Notes under the pieces: generated by a model
What the model saw: the letters and a program-made list of their open reading frames with translations, nothing else
Told to the model about the DNA's origin: nothing
Database searches by the model: none
DNA from: an uncultured Gammaproteobacteria bacterium
GTDB taxonomy: Bacteria > Patescibacteriota > Patescibacteriia > Patescibacteriales > UBA12465
Assembly (NCBI GenBank): GCA_964355275.1
Contig: CAYHCB010000008.1
Coordinates: forward strand, 1 to 49,246
Reading direction: 5' to 3'
Length of the DNA: 49,246 nucleotides
Translations under genes and position numbers: made by a program
Part shown: positions 44,559-49,246 of the stretch, in pieces
Layout: each line of letters starts with the position of its first letter
Position numbering within the stretch: position 1 is the first letter of the stretch

Positions 44559-45614
44559 ATGAATGTTAAAAATCTTTTTAAAATAGCGGCCGATAAAAAA
44601 GCTTCAGACTTACATTTATTAGTTGGCCAACCACCGATATTAAGAATAGATGGTAATTTAGTAACAGTTAATTCTGTTTGGAAGGGCAAAGAATTTTATA
44701 GCCCTTTAACCCAGACTGATTTGTCAATGGTTATTGAGTCTTTACTAGATAAAGATCAAAAAGAACGGTTAGCAAATGAAAAAGATTTAGATTGTAGTTA
44801 CGCTGTTGATAGCGTTCGCTTCCGTGTTAATGTTTCTTATGAAAAAGATCATTTATGCGTAGTGGCTCGTATTATAGAAGAGAAAAAACCGACTCTTGAT
44901 GAAATTGGTATGCCGGTAGTTATTAAAGAATTACTTGAGGCTCACCAAGGCTTAATACTAATTACTGGGCCCACTGGTTGTGGTAAATCAACTACACTGG
45001 CCGCGATGATTAATTATATTAATTCAACTCGCAGTTGTAATATTGTTACTTTAGAAGACCCTATAGAATATATTTTTACCTCAGATAAAAGTTTAGTGGT
45101 GCAACGTCAGCTAGGATCCGATGTTCTTTCTTTTGCTAGTGGCTTAAAACATGTGCTTCGCCAAGACCCTAATGTTATTATGGTTGGGGAAATGAGAGAT
45201 TATGAAACTATTTCTGCAGCTATCACCTTAGCTGAAACCGGTCATTTAGTTTTAGCTACGCTGCACACATATAATGCCGTACAAACAATCGACAGAATTA
45301 TTGATATTTTTCCGCCTCATCAACAGTCACAAATTAAATCACAATTATCAATGTTGCTTAATGCGATTATTTCTCAAAGATTATTACCACGAATAAGCGG
45401 TGGTCGGATTGCCGCTCGCGAATTACTTATTAGAAATGCGGCTGTTAGTAATTTGATTCGTGAAGGGAAAACCAGTCAGTTAAAAAGTGTGATGGAAATG
45501 CATAGTAAAGAAGGAATGCTCACTCTAAATACTCATTTAAAGGATTTATATCAGAATGGAGAAATTACTGCAGAAATAGCTCGTACTTATTTGGACGATC
45601 CGGCTCTAATTTAA
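44559..45614 (+). CDS. pilT: type IV pilus retraction ATPase PilT-family protein
   Basis: ASDLHL..G.PP..RIDG, Walker A GPTGCGKSTT, DPNVIMVGEMRD, and the His box LATLHT. Confidence 0.85.
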   Translation: MNVKNLFKIAADKKASDLHLLVGQPPILRIDGNLVTVNSVWKGKEFYSPLTQTDLSMVIESLLDKDQKERLANEKDLDCSYAVDSVRFRVNVSYEKDHLCVVARIIEEKKPTLDEIGMPVVIKELLEAHQGLILITGPTGCGKSTTLAAMINYINSTRSCNIVTLEDPIEYIFTSDKSLVVQRQLGSDVLSFASGLKHVLRQDPNVIMVGEMRDYETISAAITLAETGHLVLATLHTYNAVQTIDRIIDIFPPHQQSQIKSQLSMLLNAIISQRLLPRISGGRIAARELLIRNAAVSNLIREGKTSQLKSVMEMHSKEGMLTLNTHLKDLYQNGEITAEIARTYLDDPALI

Positions 45615-45646
45615 AGAAAAAATGAATTTTTTTAAAATTATTTTTT

Positions 45647-45675
45647 AAAGAAGCACCCTTTAGTGCTTTTTTTTG
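45647..45675 (+). terminator. intrinsic terminator after pilT
   Basis: Stem aagcac/gtgctt, then T8. Confidence 0.65.
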
Positions 45676-45708
45676 TTTTTCCCCTTATTTTTCAAGGGCT
45701 TTGTACTC

Positions 45709-45736
45709 TTGACAATATTTTTAAATAATCTATAAT
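45709..45736 (+). promoter_or_regulatory. sigma70 promoter (TTGACA-N16-TATAAT) upstream of the rRNA unit
   Basis: -35 at 45709-45714 and -10 at 45731-45736. Confidence 0.65.
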
Positions 45737-45831
45737 AAATAACAGTTTTACGAAATCAAAATAATCTATGCGTAAACACTTAATACATAAATCACCACGC
45801 GGTTAATAAAGACGATAACTCGTTTTTTGTG

Positions 45832-45853
45832 ACCGCCGCCCGGCGGTTTTTTT
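45832..45853 (+). terminator. GC-rich intrinsic terminator-like hairpin inside the rRNA leader
   Basis: Stem accgcc/ggcggt with loop gccc, then T7. It lies about 100 nt downstream of the promoter and about 160 nt upstream of the 23S. Confidence 0.6.
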
Positions 45854-46015
45854 AAATCTAGGGGTTACGGTGAGTATTAAGCCGAACATTAAAAATTAAA
45901 TATCTTTAGAATAATCAAAACATCAAAATATAACTTGATGCGGAACTTTGCAATTGTTCTGTATTAAGTCGCATTTCATTTTGCGAAATGCGCATACTTT
46001 TGGAAACAAAAGTGT

Positions 46016-49024
<3,009 letters not shown>

Positions 49025-49105
49025 ACTTTTGTTTGTTTAAAATTATTCTAAATATCGTCATAGCCTGAAAAATGGTTATGGCAAACAAAACAAAAAATAC
49101 CATTG

Positions 49106-49221
49106 TTCTGGTGATTGAAGCGGAGGGGTCACACCTGATCCCTTCCCGAACTCAGAAGTTAAGCCCTCCAGCGCCGATGATACTTGGGCCTGAGCCCTGG
49201 AAAAGTAGGTCGTCGCCAGAA
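49106..49221 (+). rRNA. rrf: 5S ribosomal RNA
   Basis: cccgaactcagaagttaag...gcgccgatgatact...agtaggtcg. Helix I: ttctggtga/tcgccagaa. A perfect 20-bp precursor stem extends beyond it (49094-49113 with 49217-49236). Confidence 0.9.
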
Positions 49222-49246
49222 CAATGGTATTTTTTGATACCCAAAA

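Noticed and set aside
148-44689. About 25 short antisense or overlapping ORFs in the track, for example 148-375, 541-801, 2704-2976, 3418-3843, 4377-4724, 9928-10116, 10741-10929, 11165-11398, 11534-11941, 12525-12809, 13068-13376, 14664-14861, 20109-20366, 20677-20871, 24086-24340, 25603-25791, 30235-30552, 31420-31659, 34243-34603, 34858-35109, 36673-36870, 40295-40567, 41448-41648, 43934-44119 and 44495-44689.
   Set aside because: Each is embedded antisense to, or out of frame within, a longer ORF with clear family motifs. Their translations are low-complexity and Ile/Leu/Phe/Ser-rich, typical of shadow ORFs in AT-rich DNA.

Overview
This is an AT-rich, gene-dense chromosomal segment with about 50 real CDSs, mostly on the + strand. 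It uses the standard genetic code: long ORFs stay intact with UGA as stop. By eye it resembles a small-genome, CPR/Patescibacteria-like bacterium. That placement is an inference from several traits: almost no Shine-Dalgarno motifs, near-consensus sigma70 promoters, a 23S-5S unit with no 16S upstream, a TrbC/VirB2-like two-TM pilin, PilT, and a bacterial Elp3.

Core content:
- Lipid, sugar and one-carbon genes: plsC, phosphomannomutase, elp3-like, glyA, folD, recQ, a Trm9-like methyltransferase.
- Redox: a CsoR-family regulator with trxA, and a DsbA-like protein.
- Envelope and RNA modification: an RluA-family pseudouridine synthase and a flippase.
- Transcription, translation and proteostasis: nusA, H+-pyrophosphatase, tig, smpB, tmRNA, tRNA-Leu(UAA), tRNA-Gly(GCC), mug-like glycosylase, infC-rpmI-rplT-secG, an orphan family-5 solute-binding protein, RNase J, rpsA, ftsH, rpmF, nusB, rnc, pilT.
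- A 23S rRNA of about 3.0 kb followed by 5S.

Accessory or unexplained content:
- At the left edge, a Panacea (DUF4065) antitoxin is translationally coupled to an extended RelE/ParE-like ORF.
- Next to it is an orphan tRNA 3'-fragment plus terminator, a possible attR.
- Several stand-alone genes of unknown function carry their own consensus promoter and GC-rich terminator (1801-2547, 27982-28584, 31975-32817).
- The HxlR-associated cluster at 4028-7858 (HxlR, Fe-S protein, GNAT, kinase-like protein) has unclear function.
- Small sequence oddities: a 37-bp tandem duplication, two G8 tracts, a 17-bp perfect inverted repeat in a 5'-UTR, and a promoter-terminator-bounded unit of about 110 nt just upstream of the 23S.

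No CRISPR array, transposase, integrase or rRNA intron was seen. All family assignments come from motif reading by eye, not database searches.
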